IMG/VR virus record: IMGVR_UViG_3300030329_004815
Span: 1 to 57,352 of that record
Length of the DNA stretch: 57,352 nt
From: a virus
Lineage: Duplodnaviria; Caudoviricetes
Strand: one strand, 5' to 3'
The stretch's first letter is position 1, and each line of letters opens with the position of its first letter. Positions 25,556 through 34,068 of the stretch are shown here, one piece after another. The notes under the pieces are model-generated. The model was not told the origin of the DNA. It made no database searches and saw nothing but the letters and a program-made list of their open reading frames with translations. A program made the position numbers and the translations under genes.

Positions 25556-25824
25556 TACATCAGTCCTATAATCAGTTGTAAAATTAACGGTAGAATACGT
25601 TCAAGAAATTCGGCAAATTTATCCCAGTCAATTTCCTGAGCGGTTGGGTTTTCTTCAGAGTATTTTTCTTCTATTGCATCGTTTAAAATTGCCCTGAACT
25701 TTGGCGACAAGGCATAGCGCAAACGAATAGCAAATTTTTGACTCCGGCGCAAGTTGGACTTTGCAATTGCCTCCGAAACCATTTCCTCAATACGCGCCAC
25801 TTCGGCGGGTTGAAATTCCATCAT
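25555..25824 (-). CDS. Hypothetical protein with amphipathic C-terminal helix
   Basis: IDWDKFAEFLERILPLILQLI; translationally coupled to the holin-like gene. Confidence 0.6.
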   Translation of the reverse strand: MMEFQPAEVARIEEMVSEAIAKSNLRRSQKFAIRLRYALSPKFRAILNDAIEEKYSEENPTAQEIDWDKFAEFLERILPLILQLIIGLM

Positions 25825-25901
25825 AAGTACATCCCATCACGTGCGGTTTTTTCGATGGCAAGTACATCGGCGCACTAGATGCGATCACCTGCCTTTCTTG
25901 G

Positions 25902-26372
25902 TTACATTTCACTTGCCATTTTTATATTTACGTCAACTGAGGTCAACGTCACAAAATCGCTATTCGGCACGTGAACTATCAGCTCAGAATCTTGCTCATC
26001 TCGCGGGCTTTTGGTTCGCCCCCCATAGGCCAGCGGGTATTCCATCGTTTCCATCGGCAAATATCGAATTTCTCCGGTTTTATCCATTACCACCAATATC
26101 GTCCGCAGGGCAAAAGCAGACCACATTTCTTTTGCGTATTTCACTTTTGAGGCGGACAGGATCACGTCCGGAAAATCCCCCCATTTAAACTTGCGGACCT
26201 TGATCTCACACAAGGCGCCAATTGAACCGTCCGGCTTGACCATTGCAAAATCCATTCGCTGGTGGATCGGGAGCTTTTTCATTTCGACCGACCAACGATC
26301 ACTCAAAGCAAATGCAACAATTTCCTCCAGCCACCGATCCGACGACGTTTCAAACTTGGAACGAACTGCCAT
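25902..26372 (-). CDS. PD-(D/E)xK nuclease-like protein
   Basis: MDFAM....ALCEIKVR. Confidence 0.65.
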   Translation of the reverse strand: MAVRSKFETSSDRWLEEIVAFALSDRWSVEMKKLPIHQRMDFAMVKPDGSIGALCEIKVRKFKWGDFPDVILSASKVKYAKEMWSAFALRTILVVMDKTGEIRYLPMETMEYPLAYGGRTKSPRDEQDSELIVHVPNSDFVTLTSVDVNIKMASEM

Positions 26373-26390
26373 AAATCCCTCCTGACAAAA

Positions 26391-26732
26391 TTAGGCTTTT
26401 GTGTCTCGTAAAGTGAAACCGTAATGACTCAATACTTCACAGATTGAAGCTATTGTGATCGTGCCGAACTGAGCAATAGAACTAAGCTGCTCTTTCGTGA
26501 CCCCCTCAAAATCCCGCACGTACAAAACCCCAACACTCTCCAGCGCGTTGACAATTTTCTGATCAAACAACTGAGAGATGCTCGTATCATCGTCGACCAC
26601 CGATTGGTAGCGGCTCAAAGCTTCTCGGAATGCAAGGTCAACTATTTCGTGGCACTGATCTTGATTGCCGCGCCAAAACTGGACCTCAATCATCCTCGAA
26701 TACTGCTCGGCTATGTCCTTGGGAACTTCCAT
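26391..26732 (-). CDS. Protein with RNA polymerase alpha-CTD-like domain
   Basis: ISQL..KIVNALESVGVLYVRDF...TKEQL.SIAQFG...IASI.EVL..YG.TL matches the alpha-CTD pattern. Confidence 0.7.
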   Translation of the reverse strand: MEVPKDIAEQYSRMIEVQFWRGNQDQCHEIVDLAFREALSRYQSVVDDDTSISQLFDQKIVNALESVGVLYVRDFEGVTKEQLSSIAQFGTITIASICEVLSHYGFTLRDTKA

Positions 26733-27054
26733 CCGTGTCCTGCTCGTTTTCGAGCGCCTTGAGAATATCAAGCAACCGGTACAAATCCATTAGCACAAGG
26801 CTATCTCCCCGGTCCTGCCTAAAAACTACGAAATCCACGTGATCCCCCACCTGCAAGTAGTCCGCTATTTTTTTTCGCCTCTTTGCCTGTACCTTGTAAT
26901 TGTCGTTTCCGAAAACTAAATCAACCTCGGCGTGGTATCCAAGCGATTCACCATTTGAGGCATAAGCTCGTTTGGCTTTCATGCCCGAATCTTGAATCAG
27001 TTTAACAAGCTCGCGCTCGTATCCGTTTCCCTTCTGCTTGGAAGGATGGCTCAT
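26686..27054 (-). CDS. Hjc-like Holliday junction resolvase
   Basis: SKQKGNGYERELV...VDL.....VQAKR. Confidence 0.75.
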   Translation of the reverse strand: MSHPSKQKGNGYERELVKLIQDSGMKAKRAYASNGESLGYHAEVDLVFGNDNYKVQAKRRKKIADYLQVGDHVDFVVFRQDRGDSLVLMDLYRLLDILKALENEQDTDGSSQGHSRAVFEDD

Positions 27055-27073
27055 ATTACCTACCTCGGTACGT

Positions 27074-28615
27074 TTATTTTCGGTTTTTTGCCATGTATGG
27101 GAAGGCGTCTGCTATCTTTCGCTTCCACAGGGCTTTTGTGTCGTATTTTGTTAGCACCCGGCTATCCCATTCCACCTGCTGCTTTTCCGCCTTCTTTTGA
27201 GCGATAATAACAGCCTGCTGAAACGTCTTACCGGAGCGAGCGCCCGCATACAAGCATGATTTGAAAATTTGCTCACACTTTTGCCGCTCGCTTTTTCTCT
27301 TGTGAATGTCGACCTTCTTTAATTCGCCGTCAAGCATACGAACGCTTCTCGTGTTTTTCAAATACCTAAATCCACACTTTGGACAGTCCGCGCCATGTGT
27401 CCGGTAGGCATGGCATCTTGGGCAAACAATCTCGACAATTTCCTTTTTCGTTTTAAGCTTCTTGGTTCGTTGTTGAAGCAAAGATTGGTTCGTGCAACCC
27501 AAAATCCACGTTCTTTCTTCATTACAGAACCCATGCCGATCAATGTTGCCGCTGTGATCTTGAAGTATGACCCTATTGTAACTTGGGTAGTTGCGCAACA
27601 CCCTTCCGGTCGTTTGCAAATAGGTCGACACACTGCCCATCGTCGTACAAAGGATGCAATGATACCAAGCTGGCAAATCAATGGCCTCTCTCAATATAAA
27701 CCGATTCCAGACGATTTTGTACTTTCCAGATTCACTGCCCTCCAAAACCTCCCGCCTAGTTGCCGAATCCGTCGTATATTCTTTTTTGACTAAAACGCCG
27801 TTGCTGTTCTTGGTAACAAAAACCGTCGTACTGGCATCTAACGAACAACACGCCACGCCCTTCTGCCTAAACAAATCGGCAAACCAAATTGCCTGCTCAA
27901 CTCCCGGCGCAAACCCGACCGCCGGAAGTTGCTCTTGATTCAATCGTTGCCAATTCTCGTACACCCTTCCGAAAATCGTCGGCACCCGATTCAAAGCGAT
28001 ATCTTCCGGCCTAGAAATCTTGGCGGCCCGCAACCGGTCCAACGAAGGCGAATCAGGCATGTAGTGATCGACCGGCAGGTGCGCACCGACATCAAGCATC
28101 TCCTTGTACGTTCCAGCGTTCACAAGCTTTTGCGCATGACCGTCAAGACCAACCGGAGTTGCCGTAAAACCAGCCACCTGTGCGCCCTCTTTCATGTGAC
28201 GGCCAAAAACCGCCGCAGCCTGCCGCTCAACTTGCTGGTGCCTTTCGTCGACAATTACGAGATCAGAATAAGGCCAGCGAAAATTGTATCGTTCCATTCG
28301 GCTGTAAACAGTTGGCAAGCTGCAAATTTGCAATTTAGATTCTGGGTTTTCATATTCCTCAAAACCATTTGCAACCACACCAAAATCCACGCCCTCGCTC
28401 AGAAACAAATCTATCGTTTGCCTTGTCAGCATGCGCCGATGCAAGTAGATAGAAACGCGCTTTCCATTTTCAGTTGCCGGTATGGCCATTCGCCGCATCA
28501 TCATCGACTTGCCTGCACCGGGAGGGGCTACAACGCACCATGATTGAATAGACGCATCCGCCCAGCAGTTCCGGCTTTCTTGAATGCCACGTTTCTGATG
28601 ATCCCACAATTCCAT
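27074..28615 (-). CDS. SF2 helicase with C-terminal Zn finger
   Basis: APPGAGKS, DERH, TATP, QTTGRVLR and CPRC/CPKC motifs; start behind AAGGAGG. Confidence 0.88.
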   Translation of the reverse strand: MELWDHQKRGIQESRNCWADASIQSWCVVAPPGAGKSMMMRRMAIPATENGKRVSIYLHRRMLTRQTIDLFLSEGVDFGVVANGFEEYENPESKLQICSLPTVYSRMERYNFRWPYSDLVIVDERHQQVERQAAAVFGRHMKEGAQVAGFTATPVGLDGHAQKLVNAGTYKEMLDVGAHLPVDHYMPDSPSLDRLRAAKISRPEDIALNRVPTIFGRVYENWQRLNQEQLPAVGFAPGVEQAIWFADLFRQKGVACCSLDASTTVFVTKNSNGVLVKKEYTTDSATRREVLEGSESGKYKIVWNRFILREAIDLPAWYHCILCTTMGSVSTYLQTTGRVLRNYPSYNRVILQDHSGNIDRHGFCNEERTWILGCTNQSLLQQRTKKLKTKKEIVEIVCPRCHAYRTHGADCPKCGFRYLKNTRSVRMLDGELKKVDIHKRKSERQKCEQIFKSCLYAGARSGKTFQQAVIIAQKKAEKQQVEWDSRVLTKYDTKALWKRKIADAFPYMAKNRK

Positions 28616-28744
28616 TTTAACCTCCTTGAAAAAGGCCAGCCCGCCAATGCGCAGGCTGGCCCCGAAAGGATTCAAGTTCGTGAACTAAACGAACCTTGCC
28701 TGACCAAACAGGCCGACGCTCGATATCAAGCCTCAAGCGCTTGG

Positions 28745-29128
28745 CTAAAATGGAAGATCATCGTTTGCCGCCACAGCAACCTTTGACGGCGCCCCGCCGT
28801 CCTGACCCCTTGGCATCAAACATAGTTTTTCACCGACTACTTTGAGCTTGCTGCGCGATTCGCCGTCGCTTTCCCAACGATCAAGCTTCAATCGCCCCTC
28901 AATAAAAATCGGCGACCCCTTAGAAAGATACTCCGCAGCAATTTCGGCTGTTCGCCCCCACAAAGTAACATCGACGAATGTTGGCTCGTCAATCCAATCG
29001 TTGCCAGATTTTACTCGGTGATTCACCGCCACCGTAACGTCTGTAACGGCTGTACCGGCTGGAGTATGCCTAACCTCAAAATCCCTTGTCAGGTTTCCCA
29101 TTAAAACTACTCGATTGTAACTACTCAT
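28745..29128 (-). CDS. ssb: Single-stranded DNA-binding protein
   Basis: NRVVLMGNLTRD...YLSKGSPIFIEGRL...DDLPF. Confidence 0.96.
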   Translation of the reverse strand: MSSYNRVVLMGNLTRDFEVRHTPAGTAVTDVTVAVNHRVKSGNDWIDEPTFVDVTLWGRTAEIAAEYLSKGSPIFIEGRLKLDRWESDGESRSKLKVVGEKLCLMPRGQDGGAPSKVAVAANDDLPF

Positions 29129-29136
29129 AGCACACC

Positions 29137-29946
29137 TTACTTAATAACCCAATTAACTTTCCCGCTCGACGTTTTATGCGGGTAAACAAGAATCCCGGCG
29201 CCGCGAGATTTCTTTCCATCAGAAAGCGCTAACAAGCCATCCTTGGCCTGCTGGAGTTGACGATCAATTTCATCACGTTCAAGCTTCAAGCGCCGATACC
29301 GTTCGGCCATCCCTTTCCATTGCTGGTCATCTTCCATGTCCGCGACCAGCGGCTCAAGCATTACATTGAATTTATCCTGATCGTTTATAGTATCAAGATA
29401 CTCGCTGTGGAAAATTTGCAAAGCGCCAACATTTTCTGCCCACCAAGCCAGCGCTGCGTCCCACTCGAAGCGCTCGCAGGAATGGCCCTTGTCGGGGTGC
29501 CAAGCAAACAAATACCACGTTTTCCTGTTCGACACGACCATCGAAAAGTAAACCTGTGAATGGTATTGCTTATCGGCAACAACCTCGCTTGGCTCGCGCT
29601 GGAGAGGACATTTAAGCTCAACCCCTGCGTCGTCGTTTATAAGACCGTCGGGCGAACAGGCGAAATAATCAACAGCGGGGTGGTAAAGCAAGCCGCTTTG
29701 AACAACAAAATGACCCGTCGCAAGCTCAAACTGCTCCAGACAAAACGGCTCCCACTTGTTTCCCCACTCCGTAGCCACGTTGCCAGCAAACTCAACCTCG
29801 GCGCCATAATGAGATCGCACCATTTCTCGCAACACGTCGTCTCTGCTCGCGTATCGGTTTTGGCCAAGTATTGCAGGCACTCGGCTTCCCGTTATTTTTC
29901 CAATCCTTTGCTTGTGCCACTCGTCTGTTCGCTGAAACTGGTTCAC
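29137..29946 (-). CDS. YqaJ / lambda-type exonuclease
   Basis: EWHKQRIGKITGS, WGNKWEP, ACSPDGL and ELKCP motifs; GTG start. Confidence 0.9.
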   Translation of the reverse strand: MNQFQRTDEWHKQRIGKITGSRVPAILGQNRYASRDDVLREMVRSHYGAEVEFAGNVATEWGNKWEPFCLEQFELATGHFVVQSGLLYHPAVDYFACSPDGLINDDAGVELKCPLQREPSEVVADKQYHSQVYFSMVVSNRKTWYLFAWHPDKGHSCERFEWDAALAWWAENVGALQIFHSEYLDTINDQDKFNVMLEPLVADMEDDQQWKGMAERYRRLKLERDEIDRQLQQAKDGLLALSDGKKSRGAGILVYPHKTSSGKVNWVIK

Positions 29947-29947
29947 C

Positions 29948-30424
29948 TTACCCCCTGACTGGCTTGACCCACCTCGTTGCACCGTTTGATTGCATCGTCA
30001 TCTCCAACCCGCAGTCGTAATAAGCCCGCTGCGCATCCGGTGGAATTTGGTCGGGCGCAAACATTCGCACTCTTTTACCGTTGGCAATTTTGACCACAGC
30101 TAAAATCTGCTCTTTTATTGCCCAGTAGTGACAATAATCCACGTACATAAACAGAGTGTGAATGTCGACCCAATTTCGATCCTCGTAATAGCCGACAAAA
30201 CCAACCGGATCACCTTCCCTGTTGTAAGTAACAAGCACCTCGTATTCTTGATCAAGAATAAACATCATTTCATCCTCGTCAAGCATTTGAAACAGGCCGG
30301 CTTCAATTTCTATCGGGCAGTCTACATACGAGGTGCGCACATAATCATCTTCCGGCTGATCTGCCACTTTCATCGCCCTAACAACATCGTTGTAAATTTT
30401 TTCAAATTCTTCGTCTGTAATCAC
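29948..30424 (-). CDS. Possible degenerate GNAT-fold protein
   Basis: PVGFVGY...IHTLFM...AQRAYYDCGL pattern; GTG start behind GAGG. Confidence 0.4.
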   Translation of the reverse strand: MITDEEFEKIYNDVVRAMKVADQPEDDYVRTSYVDCPIEIEAGLFQMLDEDEMMFILDQEYEVLVTYNREGDPVGFVGYYEDRNWVDIHTLFMYVDYCHYWAIKEQILAVVKIANGKRVRMFAPDQIPPDAQRAYYDCGLEMTMQSNGATRWVKPVRG

Positions 30425-30492
30425 TGCACCTCGTCTCCTGCAACCTGCCGGCAAAAGCCAAAACGCAGCCATGTCATACAGCCTCCACACAA

Positions 30493-31161
30493 TTACACCT
30501 CCTGCGGCTTCATTTTCGCCAGATATTTCATACACCCTTCATACCTTCTAACTGACAAATCAGCAACACTTTGCACGTTCCATTTTTTCAGCTCCGCAGC
30601 CTTTTCGTCTTCAGTCATCCAAGACATGGCATTTTCAATTTGGCCTTGCTGTTCTGCGTTAATCGTTTTCTTAACTATGGGGGAGGTGTCGGTTGCCGTC
30701 GCATCTGCATCATTCAACTCCACCTTGTCTCCGGTTGCAATTAAAAACGTGGAACGCAAAAACTGCTTTAAGGCGTAGCTCTGCGCCGACCCACTTGCCT
30801 GCGCCCCATTAAATGGGACCGACACAGTTCGGCGAAGCGGCTGTGTTGAATTTCCCAGCTCGTCAAAAATTCGAAATTCGTACACGTAGGTCTGCCACGG
30901 CTTTACCTTGCCTCCGGCCTGTCTTTCAAAATGCTCGACAGAAATCTCATCTTGAAATACAACTAATCCAGCCTCGCCAATAACCTCCCTGACATGCTCT
31001 AAAAATTTATCAATTGAAGCGTAGTCGTATTTGTCAAATGCGTTTCTTGACTCCTTGCCCAACACACCAAGAGTCACAATCACTGAAGCAATCTTGGACA
31101 TTAAGGTTTTTGGCTCTGCACTTTTAGAAACCCTTGGGGTTCGTTTCTTTGTTTCACTCAT
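30493..31161 (-). CDS. ERF-family single-strand annealing protein
   Basis: KESRNAFDKYDYAS...GSAQSYALK..L...F.IATGD...DAD. Confidence 0.85.
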   Translation of the reverse strand: MSETKKRTPRVSKSAEPKTLMSKIASVIVTLGVLGKESRNAFDKYDYASIDKFLEHVREVIGEAGLVVFQDEISVEHFERQAGGKVKPWQTYVYEFRIFDELGNSTQPLRRTVSVPFNGAQASGSAQSYALKQFLRSTFLIATGDKVELNDADATATDTSPIVKKTINAEQQGQIENAMSWMTEDEKAAELKKWNVQSVADLSVRRYEGCMKYLAKMKPQEV

Positions 31162-31510
31162 ATCGCTTGTTCCTTTCTTCTTCGTTAAATTCTCTAATAG
31201 CTTTTGCTTTAGACCAAATCTCCTCGCGTGTTGGTGAATAAGACACCTCGTACCGAGTGTGCCAATGCTCAAGCACCACGCCCGGCGGATCAATCAATTC
31301 CACCTGAAAAACAGGCTGCTCTCTCAGCGAGCTTGACCGCAGGTCGTACCTCACCTCCTTTTTTTCCTCGACAATGCGACCGACTATTTCTTGGTTTGGC
31401 CCCGCTGAAATAATCACGCGATCACCAATACCAATGTCACAAGGAAATAGCTCGTTTAGCTTTTCCCGTCGCCTCTCAATCCATTTAGAACCACGATTTA
31501 CAACAGACAA
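31154..31510 (-). CDS. KOW/SH3-like hypothetical protein
   Basis: IGDRVIISAGP; AGGAGG RBS. Confidence 0.55.
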   Translation of the reverse strand: MSVVNRGSKWIERRREKLNELFPCDIGIGDRVIISAGPNQEIVGRIVEEKKEVRYDLRSSSLREQPVFQVELIDPPGVVLEHWHTRYEVSYSPTREEIWSKAKAIREFNEEERNKRYE

Positions 31511-31522
31511 ACCAACCTCCTT

Positions 31523-32173
31523 TTAGGATATGTCTTGCCCCCACAAGCCACTGCCAGCTTTTGCGCATCCAAGCACGTATTTTCTACCGCCGGCAATCAG
31601 GGGATATTTTGCAACCGTCAAAACCAGTTCTTCGCCGTTGCAAATAAACTCTTCTTCAAACACCAATCCAGCGTTTTGTTCTATTGCTTTAATATTATTC
31701 GATATGTATTTTGATGCAACCCCACTGGGCAGGTTTGCAAGCACGTTTACTGGGGTCCAGAAATCTTGCCTGAAACAAGAGAATGTTTCGGCGTAAGCGT
31801 CGTTTACATGCCAGCGATTTTCAGCAACCGAGTGAATCCAAGCGGGAAAATCCAGCGAATTAAAAACTTGCTCAAGCAAGTCTTTTGCATCAAACTCAGT
31901 TACCCTAGATTCGTAGTCGTCTAAATGTTCAGACAGGCGGGACACCTTGTCGTTTAATGTCCTGACCTCGGCTTGCAATTTTATGATATGGGTGTCTCTG
32001 GCTGAAATGGCTTCGCGCAAAGTCCCCGTTTCCCTGATTAACTGGGCGGTAAACCGAGCTTGCTGTTCGGCTATCGTGGCGATTTTGTTGTTTGCGTATT
32101 TAAAATAAGCGCCAACCCCGCCTGCGCCGCAAATAGCGGTAATGGCTGAGGTTATGATCGTCAGTGTGTCCAT
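31523..32173 (-). CDS. TM + coiled-coil + PAS-like domain protein
   Basis: N-terminal TM, heptads, then LLEQVFNSLDFPAWI...VNDAYAETF...VFEEE...TVAKYPL. Confidence 0.65.
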   Translation of the reverse strand: MDTLTIITSAITAICGAGGVGAYFKYANNKIATIAEQQARFTAQLIRETGTLREAISARDTHIIKLQAEVRTLNDKVSRLSEHLDDYESRVTEFDAKDLLEQVFNSLDFPAWIHSVAENRWHVNDAYAETFSCFRQDFWTPVNVLANLPSGVASKYISNNIKAIEQNAGLVFEEEFICNGEELVLTVAKYPLIAGGRKYVLGCAKAGSGLWGQDIS

Positions 32174-32221
32174 GCTGTTTGTGGCTCCCGATAAGACTGT
32201 GCCGCAAACGTAACACAATCG

Positions 32222-32593
32222 CTATCTTTCGCAAACAACAAAATCTAAGTTGACAGTCGCAGTGTTTGCCCGCGCATAAGGAGCGCTCGTTCCAAGCGGA
32301 AGCAGGCAAGCTTCACCCGCTTTTAGCTTGACGAATGGGTAAAAGGTGCTGCTAACCTGTACGCCAATTTCAATGTAATTAGTCGCGTCTAAATTAACAA
32401 AATGTGCAAAGCCTTGAGTAGAAATTGACGCAAGGTCAAGCGCTGTTCCGGCAGCAGTCGTCGGCACCGCTTTTACGTCTCTGGCAACGATGCTCCCCGC
32501 TTGGTCGCAGGTTCTTGCAAGGTCGTTAATATCAAGAAGCAAGCCTGAATTTGAAACCTGCATTCCAAGCGTGTAATAAATTTCATTAGCCAT
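32222..32593 (-). CDS. Small beta-rich virion-associated protein
   Basis: NLDATNYIEIG...LKAGE...ARANTATV; at the end of the tail operon. Confidence 0.55.
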   Translation of the reverse strand: MANEIYYTLGMQVSNSGLLLDINDLARTCDQAGSIVARDVKAVPTTAAGTALDLASISTQGFAHFVNLDATNYIEIGVQVSSTFYPFVKLKAGEACLLPLGTSAPYARANTATVNLDFVVCER

Positions 32594-32602
32594 CGTATTT
32601 CC

Positions 32603-32827
32603 TTATTGTTCAAATTTTCCTATTTCACAAGACATGCAAGACTTTACCGGCGTTCCTGTGTGCCGAAAAGTAACCTGCCTTTGGTCCTGTGGATTTTCGC
32701 AAAAAAATAGCTTTTCGTCACTAGGCCCATTTTTGCAGCCCCCGGACAATATTTTAACAAACTTGTCGAGGCTTTTCCCACGGTAAACACACGTTTTGAG
32801 GCGCCTTATTCGCGCAAGCCTGCTCAT
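32603..32827 (-). CDS. Small Cys-rich protein
   Basis: CVYRG...GC...FFC...CMSC; coupled to the upstream stop. Confidence 0.55.
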   Translation of the reverse strand: MSRLARIRRLKTCVYRGKSLDKFVKILSGGCKNGPSDEKLFFCENPQDQRQVTFRHTGTPVKSCMSCEIGKFEQ

Positions 32828-34059
32828 TACAATATTTCTGTATAAACTTCCGGATATTCAAAATACCAAGACGGCTGCGACCACTGAACCGTATACTCCC
32901 AATCTTCTGGAGGCAGCATTTCCGGGTCCTCCTCTTCTTCATACCATTTAGTTCGCAGGAACGGGGACTCCAGCTTATCGTCGTCTCCCCAATGAGAAAA
33001 TACGGGCGGATCTTCTACAAACCAGAAATCTTGAATTTGCCAAACAGAGTATTGAACGCCCATTGGGTTTAAGCCAACGCCGTATTGCCTCGTTAAGACC
33101 CTGTAATCGTATTCGTGAAAATGTTTTTCATAAACGTCTGACTCGTGAACTATGTTGCCGCCAAATTTAATTATCAACTGTATGTCACGAATATCCCAGC
33201 AATATTGAACACCGTACGGAAAACCCCCACTTCCAAACTTTCGATATTTAGTAGCGCTTACCTCCCACCGCAATTCCACTTCTCCTGCACCCGAAGCATC
33301 ATATTCACCTTCGATTTCCACCGACGACCCTGCATCTGGATTTTTGTTGCCATAGAATACGCTTTTCCCGTCAATGTTTTTAATAAAATACTTCCAACGC
33401 AATTTATAGCTTGAGCCATCGTTTATGTTGCTGTGCTGTATATCTACCCCAAAACCCCACTCCCTGTAGTCCCAGTTATCTATCGGTTTGTATAGAATCA
33501 AATTAGCAAGCTCGCAGTCCGATGTCTTGGCAAATCCGGTTTCTTCACACGCACTAAAAACTTTTAAGCCAACCGCAACGTCGTCCTCACAGGCTTGGTG
33601 TAAATTTATTTCGTAGCTTTGGTTATTCGGCACCCACCAACGTGTTTCGTACGGCCAAGTCTGCGGCGCACTCCAATAGCGATTTGCGTATTCGTCGAGT
33701 GTATACCACAACTGCTGTCCAAAACGAGGTGAATTTTCGTCTGCATCTTCAAAGCTGGACGAATTGCGGTACAGCCTCCCTGTCGCGCCATCTACATGAA
33801 TCGCCCCAAAAGTCTGGTAATTACTTGGCGGAACCCTTCCGTAATCAGGCGGCGGTTGGTCGTGGTCTAACCAAGGGTGCCAGCCAACTTGAAAATTCCA
33901 TCTATTCCAAATTTCACTGCGTGTTTTATACCAGCTTTCCACCCAGTCAGTTAGGTCAGTGGCAAACGAGGTCTTTCCAAAGCTTTGATAACACTGCGAT
34001 CCAAAAGGAGTTGTCTGAGTGCAAGGGCTGCAACAAGCACAACCGGGAGAAAGTTTCAT
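32827..34059 (-). CDS. Putative tail tip / receptor-binding protein
   Basis: Cys-rich N-terminus (PGCACCSPC) and Trp/Tyr-rich body; position in the tail operon. Confidence 0.5.
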   Translation of the reverse strand: MKLSPGCACCSPCTQTTPFGSQCYQSFGKTSFATDLTDWVESWYKTRSEIWNRWNFQVGWHPWLDHDQPPPDYGRVPPSNYQTFGAIHVDGATGRLYRNSSSFEDADENSPRFGQQLWYTLDEYANRYWSAPQTWPYETRWWVPNNQSYEINLHQACEDDVAVGLKVFSACEETGFAKTSDCELANLILYKPIDNWDYREWGFGVDIQHSNINDGSSYKLRWKYFIKNIDGKSVFYGNKNPDAGSSVEIEGEYDASGAGEVELRWEVSATKYRKFGSGGFPYGVQYCWDIRDIQLIIKFGGNIVHESDVYEKHFHEYDYRVLTRQYGVGLNPMGVQYSVWQIQDFWFVEDPPVFSHWGDDDKLESPFLRTKWYEEEEDPEMLPPEDWEYTVQWSQPSWYFEYPEVYTEIL

Positions 34060-34068
34060 CAGACCGCC

